40,648 nt of DNA, taken from IMG/VR virus record IMGVR_UViG_3300045988_174062. The stretch is one strand, 5' to 3'. Below are positions 18,919 through 26,780 of this stretch, in pieces. A model generated the notes under the pieces. The model was given only the letters and a program-made list of their open reading frames with translations, ran no database searches and was not told the origin of the DNA. Position 1 is the stretch's first letter. Every line of letters starts with the position of its first letter. The position numbers and the translations under genes were made by a program. Source of the DNA: a virus.

Positions 18919-19269
18919 TTACCATCGCTCCTTATTAATAAGCTTCTCTTTTAAATTATTCTTTTGCTTTTCAGGATGTAATTTATTATGGCAATCAGGA
19001 CAAACACATATTAAATTTCTATATTGTTTTCCTTTGTATGTATAAAACTTACTCAAAGCAAGTTCTGGATGCTTGTCTACAAACTGAACATGATGTACTG
19101 TATTAGCTTTAGTTATTTTCCCTAACTTTAAACATTCTTGACATTCTTCCTTTTGTTCCTTAAGAACTTCTTTTCTTAACTTTCTCCAGTACTTAGATTT
19201 ATAAAAATCATCTATCTTGCCTTGGTATAATAACTCTTCTATCCATTTCTTAAGTTCTAATTTATTCAT
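18919..19269 (-). CDS. HNH endonuclease (terminase-associated)
   Basis: HHVQFVDKHPE...CVCPDCHNKLH is the HNH motif with a Cys pair. The gene sits just upstream of terS, as in HK97-like cos phages. Confidence 0.85.
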   Translation of the reverse strand: MNKLELKKWIEELLYQGKIDDFYKSKYWRKLRKEVLKEQKEECQECLKLGKITKANTVHHVQFVDKHPELALSKFYTYKGKQYRNLICVCPDCHNKLHPEKQKNNLKEKLINKERW

Positions 19270-19277
19270 ATTATCAC

Positions 19278-19562
19278 CTATAATAAATCAATAACTTTAA
19301 GCTTCAATCTATCGCTATGAACCTTCATATTTTTTAAAGCTTTCATAGTAGATTCATTTTTACCATTCTGTCTAGATAATCTTAAATATCTTCTTTGTTC
19401 TTTGAGTATATATTGATCTACACATTCTATTATATATTTTTGTTTACAGTTACTACACTCAAAGTAACTAACATTTATCATTAGCTCATCTATAGCTCTA
19501 TGCTTTATATCTTTAGCTTCTAATAAGAACTCTTGCTCACAATTATCACATATGCACTTCAT
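19278..19562 (-). CDS. Zinc-ribbon protein
   Basis: 94 aa with CICDNC...CSNC (two CxxC pairs). Confidence 0.5.
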   Translation of the reverse strand: MKCICDNCEQEFLLEAKDIKHRAIDELMINVSYFECSNCKQKYIIECVDQYILKEQRRYLRLSRQNGKNESTMKALKNMKVHSDRLKLKVIDLL

Positions 19563-20268
19563 AACTTGTCTCCTTATTTTGTTTAGTAGAAACTGAATCT
19601 AATTTACCATGCATACAAGTTGTGACTTTACATTCTTCTACTTTACATTTCTCTAAATTATCCCTTTCAAATAATCTGTCTATTTCTTCTACACTATAGT
19701 ATCTATATGATATAGGATCTTCTTTAAGCAAAACAAAATTATGCCCTTTAGATATTCTATTCCATTGTATATTAAGTGTATTTAGGTCTGCTTTTCCTGC
19801 CATTTGTGATATGTACATATCTTTAGTCACAACCTTAAAGCTATCTTTATCTTTTATATTATAATTTAATACTTTTTCTAATTCTTCTTTAGCTTCATTT
19901 AGTTTTTTATGAAATTCTTCTGTGTTTAATTCTAAGTCAACTACAACACAATTATTTTCCTTATCTTCTACAACTTCAAACATTTCTTCAAAATTATCAG
20001 ATTTCATAGTTCTTATTCTATGCTTTTGATTATGTGTCTCTTTTATTACATAATCCCCTGCTTCTACTGTCTCATACTCTCTAGTCCAACTATCGAATAT
20101 CAATAATAAAGGTTCTTTATCATATTCATCATTCATTGCTAATATAACTCTATCTTCTTTTATTTCATCTTCTAGCCATTTGTTATCATTTATTGTTTCT
20201 ATCTTCCCATCCCATTTTACAGCTTCGATTATAGATTTCATTTTTTCTGTTTTAACTACATATCGCAT
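19546..20268 (-). CDS. Hypothetical protein (first gene after the late terminator)
   Basis: 240-aa ORF with an AGGAAGGTGG RBS. No motif recognised. Confidence 0.6.
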   Translation of the reverse strand: MRYVVKTEKMKSIIEAVKWDGKIETINDNKWLEDEIKEDRVILAMNDEYDKEPLLLIFDSWTREYETVEAGDYVIKETHNQKHRIRTMKSDNFEEMFEVVEDKENNCVVVDLELNTEEFHKKLNEAKEELEKVLNYNIKDKDSFKVVTKDMYISQMAGKADLNTLNIQWNRISKGHNFVLLKEDPISYRYYSVEEIDRLFERDNLEKCKVEECKVTTCMHGKLDSVSTKQNKETSYEVHM

Positions 20269-20301
20269 CTATACAACCACCTTCCTATATTTTTACAAAA
20301 C

Positions 20302-20329
20302 AAAAAGACTAGATCTCTCTAGCCTTTTT
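20302..20329. terminator. Hairpin terminator / attenuator upstream of the late gene block
   Basis: gactaga-tctc-tctagcc is flanked by an A5 run and a T5 run. On the minus strand it lies between the ArpU-like gene and ORF 19546..20268. Confidence 0.45.
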
Positions 20330-20511
20330 CAACATTAAACAATTAGACAACTTACTTATTTTTTATTTTAGGTCTACTATTACCCTAGCGACCGTACAAA
20401 TAAAAATACATCATTTCTCTTTTTTCATTAAGTCATATTTTTTCTATATTATCATATTAACATGTTTGAACCACCATTAAAACACCATCTTTTCACCATC
20501 TTTTCACCAAT

Positions 20512-21084
20512 TTACATTTGTATTGCATCAATCCCCCATAAAAGTATACTTAATTCTTTCAATATCTTATCTCTCCATCTTTTAGGAGTATTTTGTCCGC
20601 ATGTATGTTTTTCTCTTATTTCATCATCCGTTTTCCCTTCTATATAAAACATTACAAATGAGTCTATAATCTCATATTGTCCTTTCTCTTCATATTCATA
20701 TATCAAATATTTTATTTTAGTATCTACATATTCCATCATTTCAATTGTTCTTGCTTTACTTTTAGCTATACTCTCTAACCACAGATAATCCGATTTTACA
20801 AAAATAATATTATCTTCATCTCTAAATTCAATTTTAAGATTTATTTCATCTTTTATGCCATTAACATGCTCTTTCAATATTTTATAGTTTTCCATCAACA
20901 ACTTAGTATTTTGATATCGTCTATCTTTTTTACTATTTACTATTTCAAATAAAGCTTCTTTTGCAATTTCTTTAGATAATTTCTTTACAAATTCTTTATC
21001 TACACTTTCATTTATAGCTCTTTTTAAAATTTCTTTCGATAATTCTTTAGCTCTATTTTCCATATTTATATCTTCACTTCTCAT
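20512..21084 (-). CDS. ArpU/RinA-like late transcriptional regulator (sigma region-4-like HTH)
   Basis: 190 aa. The C-terminus IEGKTDDEIREKHTCGQNTPKRWRDKILKELSILLWG resembles the phage ArpU/RinA family. It lies upstream of the packaging genes. Confidence 0.5.
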   Translation of the reverse strand: MRSEDINMENRAKELSKEILKRAINESVDKEFVKKLSKEIAKEALFEIVNSKKDRRYQNTKLLMENYKILKEHVNGIKDEINLKIEFRDEDNIIFVKSDYLWLESIAKSKARTIEMMEYVDTKIKYLIYEYEEKGQYEIIDSFVMFYIEGKTDDEIREKHTCGQNTPKRWRDKILKELSILLWGIDAIQM

Positions 21085-21099
21085 CTAATCATACACCCA

Positions 21100-21468
21100 C
21101 TAACTTATCAAATATTCTTCTATTGTATTTCTAGCTTCTTCAAATCCATTACATACTACAGCTTTGTATCCTTGCTCATTAAGTTTTTTTATCCACTCTT
21201 TTTGTTCTTTGCTAGTTCTTCCATTTCCATACTTCATTTCTATGTATAATCCATTATAATTTTTCTTTGGCACTGGCAAGCATAAATCTGGAACGCCTTT
21301 CTTAACTCCAGCACGCTTTAATCTAATAGCTTCTGATTTGTTTCTTTTCCCACCATTTGGAACATGATATATTAATTCTAATTCAGGATATTTGCATATA
21401 TTGACATTGCACCAATGTATTAATGTTATTTGTTCTGTTTCTTCACTTCGCTTCATGTATTGCAACAC
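21100..21468 (-). CDS. VRR-NUC domain nuclease
   Basis: 122 aa. The pattern HVPNGGKR...GVKKGVPDL...YIEMKYG...S.EQ..W matches the VRR-NUC PD-(D/E)xK signature. Confidence 0.75.
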   Translation of the reverse strand: MLQYMKRSEETEQITLIHWCNVNICKYPELELIYHVPNGGKRNKSEAIRLKRAGVKKGVPDLCLPVPKKNYNGLYIEMKYGNGRTSKEQKEWIKKLNEQGYKAVVCNGFEEARNTIEEYLIS

Positions 21469-21535
21469 TTTTATCTCCTACGCCTTTTCTCATTTTTATT
21501 ATTTATTAATTCCTTCAAATTTTATTTAAACAATA

Positions 21536-21745
21536 TTACTTTCTATATTTCTTTAAATACTCTTCGAGCTCTTCCTTGCTCATTTTATAAGTCTTAACTT
21601 CATTAGCATGTTCATTCTTGTATTCATACTTAAGTTCATCCTTGTATTGACCCCAGTCCCAAACTTTTGCAACTGAATCTTGTCTTATATAATTTTCTCT
21701 AAGTTTCATTTTCTCTGCTCTACTTCTTATATTTTCTAACTGCAA
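21536..21745 (-). CDS. Hypothetical protein (start uncertain)
   Basis: 69-aa track ORF. The internal Met13 (MKLRENY...) is an alternative start, because the 5' end overlaps the small peptide ORF. Confidence 0.45.
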   Translation of the reverse strand: MQLENIRSRAEKMKLRENYIRQDSVAKVWDWGQYKDELKYEYKNEHANEVKTYKMSKEELEEYLKKYRK

Positions 21746-21821
21746 TAGCTAAAGCATCTAGTACTCCAACTACTACAACTGAAATTACTATAATTGCACC
21801 TAATATCGTTAAATCTTTCAT
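21720..21821 (-). CDS. Possible 33-aa single-pass membrane peptide
   Basis: My own translation: MKDLTILGAIIVISVVVVGVLDALAIAVRKYKK. Its ATG overlaps the stop of the upstream ORF (ATGA). Confidence 0.3.
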   Translation of the reverse strand: MKDLTILGAIIVISVVVVGVLDALAIAVRKYKK

Positions 21822-22204
21822 GTATCTACCCTTTCATATACTATTTTCCTCATCATATAATCTTCTATTTTTCTATCACATTTATCTTTAACTCTTGATT
21901 TCTTAGTTCGTCTTTTGATATTTTCATATCGTTTTATATTCTTATCAGCGTCAAACTTCAATAGATTAGTTAATATGAATATTTTTCTTTTGCTTTCTTC
22001 TAAGTTCTCATTTAAATCGAAATTTTCTAGCGTTAGCTTACTTATTTGTTCTTTACTAGATTCTAATTTATGCTCAACACTATTTAACTTTTTAACTTTA
22101 GCTTCTAACTGCTCTATAGTTTTCTTTAAGTTGTTTATTTCTTCGTCTTTTTCTTCAATGATTCTATTATGTTTCTTTTTAGGTATTACTACCATTCCAC
22201 CCAT
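21818..22204 (-). CDS. Coiled-coil hypothetical protein
   Basis: 128 aa, rich in heptad K/E/L. Confidence 0.55.
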   Translation of the reverse strand: MGGMVVIPKKKHNRIIEEKDEEINNLKKTIEQLEAKVKKLNSVEHKLESSKEQISKLTLENFDLNENLEESKRKIFILTNLLKFDADKNIKRYENIKRRTKKSRVKDKCDRKIEDYMMRKIVYERVDT

Positions 22205-22216
22205 ACTCTCATCCCC

Positions 22217-22399
22217 TTATATTTCTTTAACTATTGAGTCAAATTCTTTATGATAGGTTATTTTTTCTTTAGTTTTTATATTAAAAAATACAGTAAATTC
22301 CGAAGTGTTTCGTTCTACCAGGTAATTTTTACTTTCAACACCTAATTTTCTAACTAAAAATTCCTTTTGATTTCTAGTTAGTTTCTTTAATCTTTTCAT
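22217..22399 (-). CDS. Hypothetical protein
   Basis: 60-aa ORF with an AAAGGTGA RBS. Confidence 0.5.
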   Translation of the reverse strand: MKRLKKLTRNQKEFLVRKLGVESKNYLVERNTSEFTVFFNIKTKEKITYHKEFDSIVKEI

Positions 22400-22409
22400 A
22401 TGTATTATT

Positions 22410-22571
22410 TCACCTTTCTAGTTTTTGTCTCCTGTCATACTCTCTAACAGCTAGTATATATATGTCATAGCATCTATCTGAATGTTGTATTTCATGTTTT
22501 TCTATTCCCATATCTTTTGCTATTTCTTCTGCTATTTTTATAATTTCTTCCTTGCCTTTTATTAATGACAC
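22410..22571 (-). CDS. Possible 53-aa protein (GTG start)
   Basis: My own translation: VSLIKGKEEIIKIAEEIAKDMGIEKHEIQHSDRCYDIYILAVREYDRRQKLER. A GAGGTG RBS lies inside the end of the upstream gene. The ORF fills an otherwise empty gap. Confidence 0.35.
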   Translation of the reverse strand: MSLIKGKEEIIKIAEEIAKDMGIEKHEIQHSDRCYDIYILAVREYDRRQKLER

Positions 22572-23597
22572 TTAATTCACCTCTACAAACTCAACGTTTT
22601 TTACTATCAAGTCATACGTTCCTTCATCATTTTCTTTTATAGTGAAGTTTAAGTTATTTCTAATATCATCTAATTTAGCTGATATTTTAATGCCCGTATT
22701 AGTTTTGATATTCCTATTATTTAGCATTTTTTCAGCTACTTTTTTATCTATATTGAATCTAGATATATCATTCTTTTTAAAACGCTCTATAAAGTTATAT
22801 TTAAGCTCTTTATCTTCATGGCTATTGAATATTTCATCTGCTATTTCTTTTACATCTATAACTGAATTATTTAACGCAATATGTTCTAGTACTTCCATAG
22901 CTCTATCGCATTTTATTAAGTTTACTATATGTCTATCCTTTATCCACGCATTTGATAGACACGCTTTAACTGATGCAATGAATACTTTAGTCTTATATGA
23001 ATCATCATCTATCTTATAAGCTTCTAAGAAGTCATTTATAAACTTAGAGCTAATATTTTCTTTTTCAGAATCTTTATCTAGTATTTCTAAGTCATACTCG
23101 CTATTTAAGCTACTGATACCTACTAATGCACATTGCTTCGGTTTCTTAGTATCTGATATTAATTCTTCATTTAACTTCATTTGTATATTAAACTTATCAC
23201 CCTCAAATTCTATTGAACGATTATATGCTGCTCTATAATCTAACTTTATTATTGCTACTCTATATTGATCTTTAACTGTATATAAGCATATAACTAAATC
23301 ACATGAATCTGCATCTGAATCTAATTTCATTATGTCAAATAAATATGCTGCTATTTCTTTTGAGTTTTCTATAAATGTACTTTCATTATGTATTATAGAT
23401 TCACAGCAATCTCTAACTATACAATCTTTTGTATTATCAAATTTAGCTCTTCTTAATAAATCATCTTTGCTTACTTTCTTTATAATGCTTTGTAAAAACT
23501 TATCTATCTGAGGATTTATATTACCCTCAAAATCATTTAATATCGGTTCATCTGATACTTTTGATAATACGTGCGTTATATATCTATGAATTATCAT
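22572..23597 (-). CDS. Nucleoid-associated protein, NdpA/YejK-like
   Basis: The N-terminus MIIHRYITHVLSK... and the length (about 341 aa) resemble the 37-kDa nucleoid-associated protein family. I prefer the ATG at 23597 (AAGGAG RBS, ATGA overlap with the upstream stop) over the track start at 23621. Confidence 0.55.
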   Translation of the reverse strand: MIIHRYITHVLSKVSDEPILNDFEGNINPQIDKFLQSIIKKVSKDDLLRRAKFDNTKDCIVRDCCESIIHNESTFIENSKEIAAYLFDIMKLDSDADSCDLVICLYTVKDQYRVAIIKLDYRAAYNRSIEFEGDKFNIQMKLNEELISDTKKPKQCALVGISSLNSEYDLEILDKDSEKENISSKFINDFLEAYKIDDDSYKTKVFIASVKACLSNAWIKDRHIVNLIKCDRAMEVLEHIALNNSVIDVKEIADEIFNSHEDKELKYNFIERFKKNDISRFNIDKKVAEKMLNNRNIKTNTGIKISAKLDDIRNNLNFTIKENDEGTYDLIVKNVEFVEVN

Positions 23598-23755
23598 TTC
23601 AATCTCCTTTTTTCTATGCACTTGTCACATATAATTTCATTTTTTATTTTTTCTAGCTTTATTGCTCTATTTTTATCAACTAATATATTTTGCTTATCAT
23701 CACAACATTTACACAATAATGTAAATAGTATTAATTCAACTTTTCTCTTCTGCAT
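23594..23755 (-). CDS. Small CxxC...CxxC zinc-ribbon protein (paralog 1)
   Basis: My own translation: MQKRKVELILFTLLCKCCDDKQNILVDKNRAIKLEKIKNEIICDKCIEKRRLK. It is a paralog of 24647..24802. Confidence 0.5.
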   Translation of the reverse strand: MQKRKVELILFTLLCKCCDDKQNILVDKNRAIKLEKIKNEIICDKCIEKRRLK

Positions 23756-23758
23756 CTT

Positions 23759-24505
23759 TTACTCCCAAATCACTTGGTTATTTAATATACCTATTTGTTC
23801 TTTTAATGCTATTGTTAATCTATATTTTTCTACTATATCAAGTACATCCTCTAAATATCGTCTTTTTATAGCTTTATAACTATTAACATCAAATTCTCTT
23901 TTTATTTCTCGATATATATCACTATATACTTTCGCTCTTAGAGACTTATTTTTATACGCTTTACTAGCTTTTCCACCAAGAACTTGAGTGCCTACTCTTT
24001 TAACAGCTTTTGCTACTTCTTCACACTCTACAGCGAATAAAGGTATATCATCTTTAAACTCATTTAGATTATCTTTTACTTCTATCACTTCTTTTTGTAC
24101 TGCTTGTATTTTCTTATCATGCATAATTAATGCTTTCATTTCTGTACTTAAATGCTGATAAGGATCTTGTTTTAACTTATTTTCTAATGCTTCTATGTAT
24201 TGTTGTGTTTTATATCTAACTAATGCACTTTCTTTATTTAGCATTTGCATTATTCCTGATTTGTTCATTTTGTAGCATGGTCTTTCTTGATTATTTTTAT
24301 CTATATATGAGCCCAGCGAAAAATTTCCCTCGGCTTTTATTCCAACACCTTTAAGTGTTTCAATCTCATTTCTAATACTTTTCATAAAGTCTTTGTGTTC
24401 TTTTTTAGTTGTATTTCCTTCTTCTTCTCTAAATTTATTTATTAGATTAACTATCTCTAAACTTGTCATTGTTACTACTTCCGTTATATTCATTATTTCA
24501 TTCAT
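23759..24505 (-). CDS. Rha-like N-terminal / ORF6C-like C-terminal antirepressor-type regulator
   Basis: 248 aa. The N-terminus TSLEIVNLINKF...KEHKDFMKSIRNEIE is a Rha/KilA-type pattern. The C-terminus VYSDIYREIKREFDVNSYKAIKRRYLEDVLDIVEKY is an ORF6C-type pattern. Confidence 0.6.
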   Translation of the reverse strand: MNEIMNITEVVTMTSLEIVNLINKFREEEGNTTKKEHKDFMKSIRNEIETLKGVGIKAEGNFSLGSYIDKNNQERPCYKMNKSGIMQMLNKESALVRYKTQQYIEALENKLKQDPYQHLSTEMKALIMHDKKIQAVQKEVIEVKDNLNEFKDDIPLFAVECEEVAKAVKRVGTQVLGGKASKAYKNKSLRAKVYSDIYREIKREFDVNSYKAIKRRYLEDVLDIVEKYRLTIALKEQIGILNNQVIWE

Positions 24506-24650
24506 TTGAAATCTCCTTATATTCTTCCAGTCTTTTTATTTGTATTGGTAATATAGCATTGTTTAATTTATTGCTATACTCAATTACTATCGGATGTGTA
24601 AGTCCATATTTTTCAATTAATCTATTCAATTCTTTTCTTAATTTTTTCAT
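24498..24650 (-). CDS. Spo0E-like small protein (candidate aspartyl-phosphate phosphatase)
   Basis: My own translation: MKKLRKELNRLIEKYGLTHPIVIEYSNKLNNAILPIQIKRLEEYKEISNE. It has the size and helical-hairpin pattern of the Spo0E family (L..L..LIEKYGL....V.E.S.KL). The canonical SQELD is replaced by SNKLN. Confidence 0.4.
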   Translation of the reverse strand: MKKLRKELNRLIEKYGLTHPIVIEYSNKLNNAILPIQIKRLEEYKEISNE

Positions 24651-24802
24651 TTTATTCTCCTTTGCTCTATGCACTTATCACATATAATTTCATTTTTTAT
24701 TTTTTCTAGCTTTATTGCTCTATTTTTATCAACTAATATATTTTGCTTATCATCACAATGTTTGCACGATAATGTAAAAACTATTAATTCATTATTTTTC
24801 AT
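24647..24802 (-). CDS. Small CxxC...CxxC zinc-ribbon protein (paralog 2)
   Basis: My own translation: MKNNELIVFTLSCKHCDDKQNILVDKNRAIKLEKIKNEIICDKCIEQRRIK. Confidence 0.5.
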   Translation of the reverse strand: MKNNELIVFTLSCKHCDDKQNILVDKNRAIKLEKIKNEIICDKCIEQRRIK

Positions 24803-24804
24803 GT

Positions 24805-25002
24805 TTAATCACCTAAAGTTTCATATGGAACTTCTATACCTATTATTTGAGCGTCTAAAGCTTTTCTAGTGCCACTTTGAATATTTATATTAAATACTTT
24901 ACATTTGTTTCTACAAGCCGATTTATGCTCTTTATTTCCTATATAATTTTCACAGAAGCCATCTTCTGATAATTTAAACTTTTCGCATTTATTTTTCGTC
25001 AT
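24805..25002 (-). CDS. Cys-rich hypothetical protein
   Basis: 65-aa ORF with four Cys residues. Confidence 0.45.
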   Translation of the reverse strand: MTKNKCEKFKLSEDGFCENYIGNKEHKSACRNKCKVFNINIQSGTRKALDAQIIGIEVPYETLGD

Positions 25003-25030
25003 ATTTCCCTCTCATATTTTGTTATTTATA

Positions 25031-25972
25031 TCAATTTATTTTTCGCATCATAACATGGATATAAGGCATCCCTGTCCATTTATTTCTTGTTGCTTTAAAT
25101 CCAACAACTTTATATCCAGGATTTAATTTTTCCATTTCTTTTTCAATTAAGTTATGATCACTTTCCATCTTGAATATTTTTCTCTTTGATACTTTTTTAG
25201 ATGTAGTTATAATAGGCTCTTTTAATCCTTGACTACATCCCCAACGTTTTTTTCCTTTTGGGTCTTTTGATAGGTAGTTAGCTAAGTCAGTTAAATGTTT
25301 TTCATCAGGATCTATTCGTCTTATATTATTTCTTCTTCCATACTTCCAGCAGTTTTCAACTTGATCCATTGATAATTCAGAACTCATAATCATATGTACA
25401 TGATATTTTCCTTTGCCTTCTTTTGAAATCTCAATTACATACATATACTTAATTTTCTTGTACTTTTTCTTATTTATTTTGTGCGATAACTTTTTTCCTT
25501 CTTGGTGTACTTGAAGTTTCATGTATTCATAATTAAGTTTGTTTATGTATGCTCTTACGTGCTTTTTAGCTTCTTCATAACTTTTAGGTCTATTATCATT
25601 TCTGTAGTTAAGAGTTAAATAATAATCACCTTTTCCAAAGTTAGCATTTACTTTTCTTATGAAGTTCTTAACTGCATTTTTATTATTGAGATTCTTTTGA
25701 GCCTTCTTAGTAGTTTTAACTCTAAATTCTTCAGGTATATCTTTTTTTAAGAATACTGGGTACATTTCAAGTTCTCTTATTGGTCCTGATGTTATTGTTT
25801 TTGTTTCATATATACAATTACTTCTTGCATCTAGTATTTGATCTATATTGTTTAGACTTACAACTTCACTATCTATAGTTACTTGATGCTCCATCATTGA
25901 ATCTATTAAGTTTTCAAAATCAACTTCTGTATATAGATTTTTCTTTCTCCTTTGACTTTTTTTAACTGACAT
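25031..25972 (-). CDS. HUH-type rolling-circle replication initiator (Rep)
   Basis: 313 aa. KYHVHMIM is an HUH motif (H-hydrophobic-H). It is followed about 40 aa later by a Tyr motif, LANYLSKDPKGKK. The N-terminus is basic. Confidence 0.55.
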   Translation of the reverse strand: MSVKKSQRRKKNLYTEVDFENLIDSMMEHQVTIDSEVVSLNNIDQILDARSNCIYETKTITSGPIRELEMYPVFLKKDIPEEFRVKTTKKAQKNLNNKNAVKNFIRKVNANFGKGDYYLTLNYRNDNRPKSYEEAKKHVRAYINKLNYEYMKLQVHQEGKKLSHKINKKKYKKIKYMYVIEISKEGKGKYHVHMIMSSELSMDQVENCWKYGRRNNIRRIDPDEKHLTDLANYLSKDPKGKKRWGCSQGLKEPIITTSKKVSKRKIFKMESDHNLIEKEMEKLNPGYKVVGFKATRNKWTGMPYIHVMMRKIN

Positions 25973-26114
25973 TCTAACTACCTCTTTTTATTATTTCTTA
26001 CTCAAACTTTAATACTTAGTACAAGTCCGTTAAAAGGCTCACCGAACCATTTAAAAGACTTGTATCTATTAAGTTTTTTGGGGTGTATTATTTTTAGTTA
26101 ATATCACACCTTTT

Positions 26115-26267
26115 TTAATTTTTATCTGTTATATATTCAGTGTCTTTTTCAATTTCCATTTCGTATAATGCTTCTAAACGACCTTTAAAATTTTCAAATT
26201 TTAACGGATTTATTTTTTCTAGGTAAGCCAACTTCCTAGAAAGAGATTCAACTTCTTCACTTGTCAT
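26115..26267 (-). CDS. First early-operon protein (Cro-position), 50 aa
   Basis: I prefer the ATG at 26267 (AGGAGGG RBS 6 nt upstream) over the track start at 26321. Product: MTSEEVESLSRKLAYLEKINPLKF... Confidence 0.45.
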   Translation of the reverse strand: MTSEEVESLSRKLAYLEKINPLKFENFKGRLEALYEMEIEKDTEYITDKN

Positions 26268-26409
26268 ATTATCCCTCCTATTTTTCATGTCTTTGACATA
26301 AATTATATATGTCTTTGTCATGTTTTGTCAATATTTTTCTTTTTTTGACATAATTTTTATTTTTATTATATTGCAATGACATATTTCTTGCTATATAATA
26401 TGTCATGAG
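26268..26409. promoter_or_regulatory. Divergent early/repressor promoter region with repeated ATGTC/GACAT operator-like half-sites
   Basis: Plus strand: TTGCAA (26371-26376), N17, TATAAT (26394-26399), flanked by the perfect 9-bp inverted repeat atgacatat (26375-26383) / atatgtcat (26397-26405). Minus strand: TTGACA (complement of 26326-26331), then about 17-18 nt, then TATAAT. The palindrome ATGTCtttGACAT lies at 26287-26299 and the related atgtctttgtcat at 26309-26321. Confidence 0.6.
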
Positions 26410-26763
26410 GTGATTATTTTGAACACTAGATTAAAAGAATTAAGAAATCATCTTGGGCTATCTCAAAAAGATTTTGGAAGTAAAATTTTTCTATCTCAAG
26501 ATCATATATCTTCACTAGAAAAAGGTAGAAGGAGTATTACAGATAGATCTATAAAAAATATTTGTAATGAGTTCAATGTCAATGAGGAATGGTTACGTTC
26601 TGGAAAAGGTAGTATGTTCCAAGATATAACAAAGGATATATCTGCTCCTGATCATATTAAAGAATTATTAAGAAAATTTAGTTTATTAAGTGAAGATGAT
26701 CAGAAAAAAATGAATATTATGTTAGATGCATTTATATCTGAAAGCAAAAAAGAGGAGAATTAA
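26410..26763 (+). CDS. XRE-family HTH repressor (CI-like)
   Basis: LKELRNHLGLSQKDFGSKIFLSQDHISSLEKGRRSITDRSIKNICNEFNV is a classic XRE HTH. The gene is divergent from the early lytic operon. Confidence 0.8.
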   Translation: MIILNTRLKELRNHLGLSQKDFGSKIFLSQDHISSLEKGRRSITDRSIKNICNEFNVNEEWLRSGKGSMFQDITKDISAPDHIKELLRKFSLLSEDDQKKMNIMLDAFISESKKEEN

Positions 26764-26780
26764 TTTTTCTCCTCTTTTTC
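26751..26780 (+). terminator. Rho-independent terminator of the repressor gene
   Basis: agaggagaa (26751-26759) / ttctcctct (26767-26775) followed by TTTT. The stop codon lies in the loop. Confidence 0.7.
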
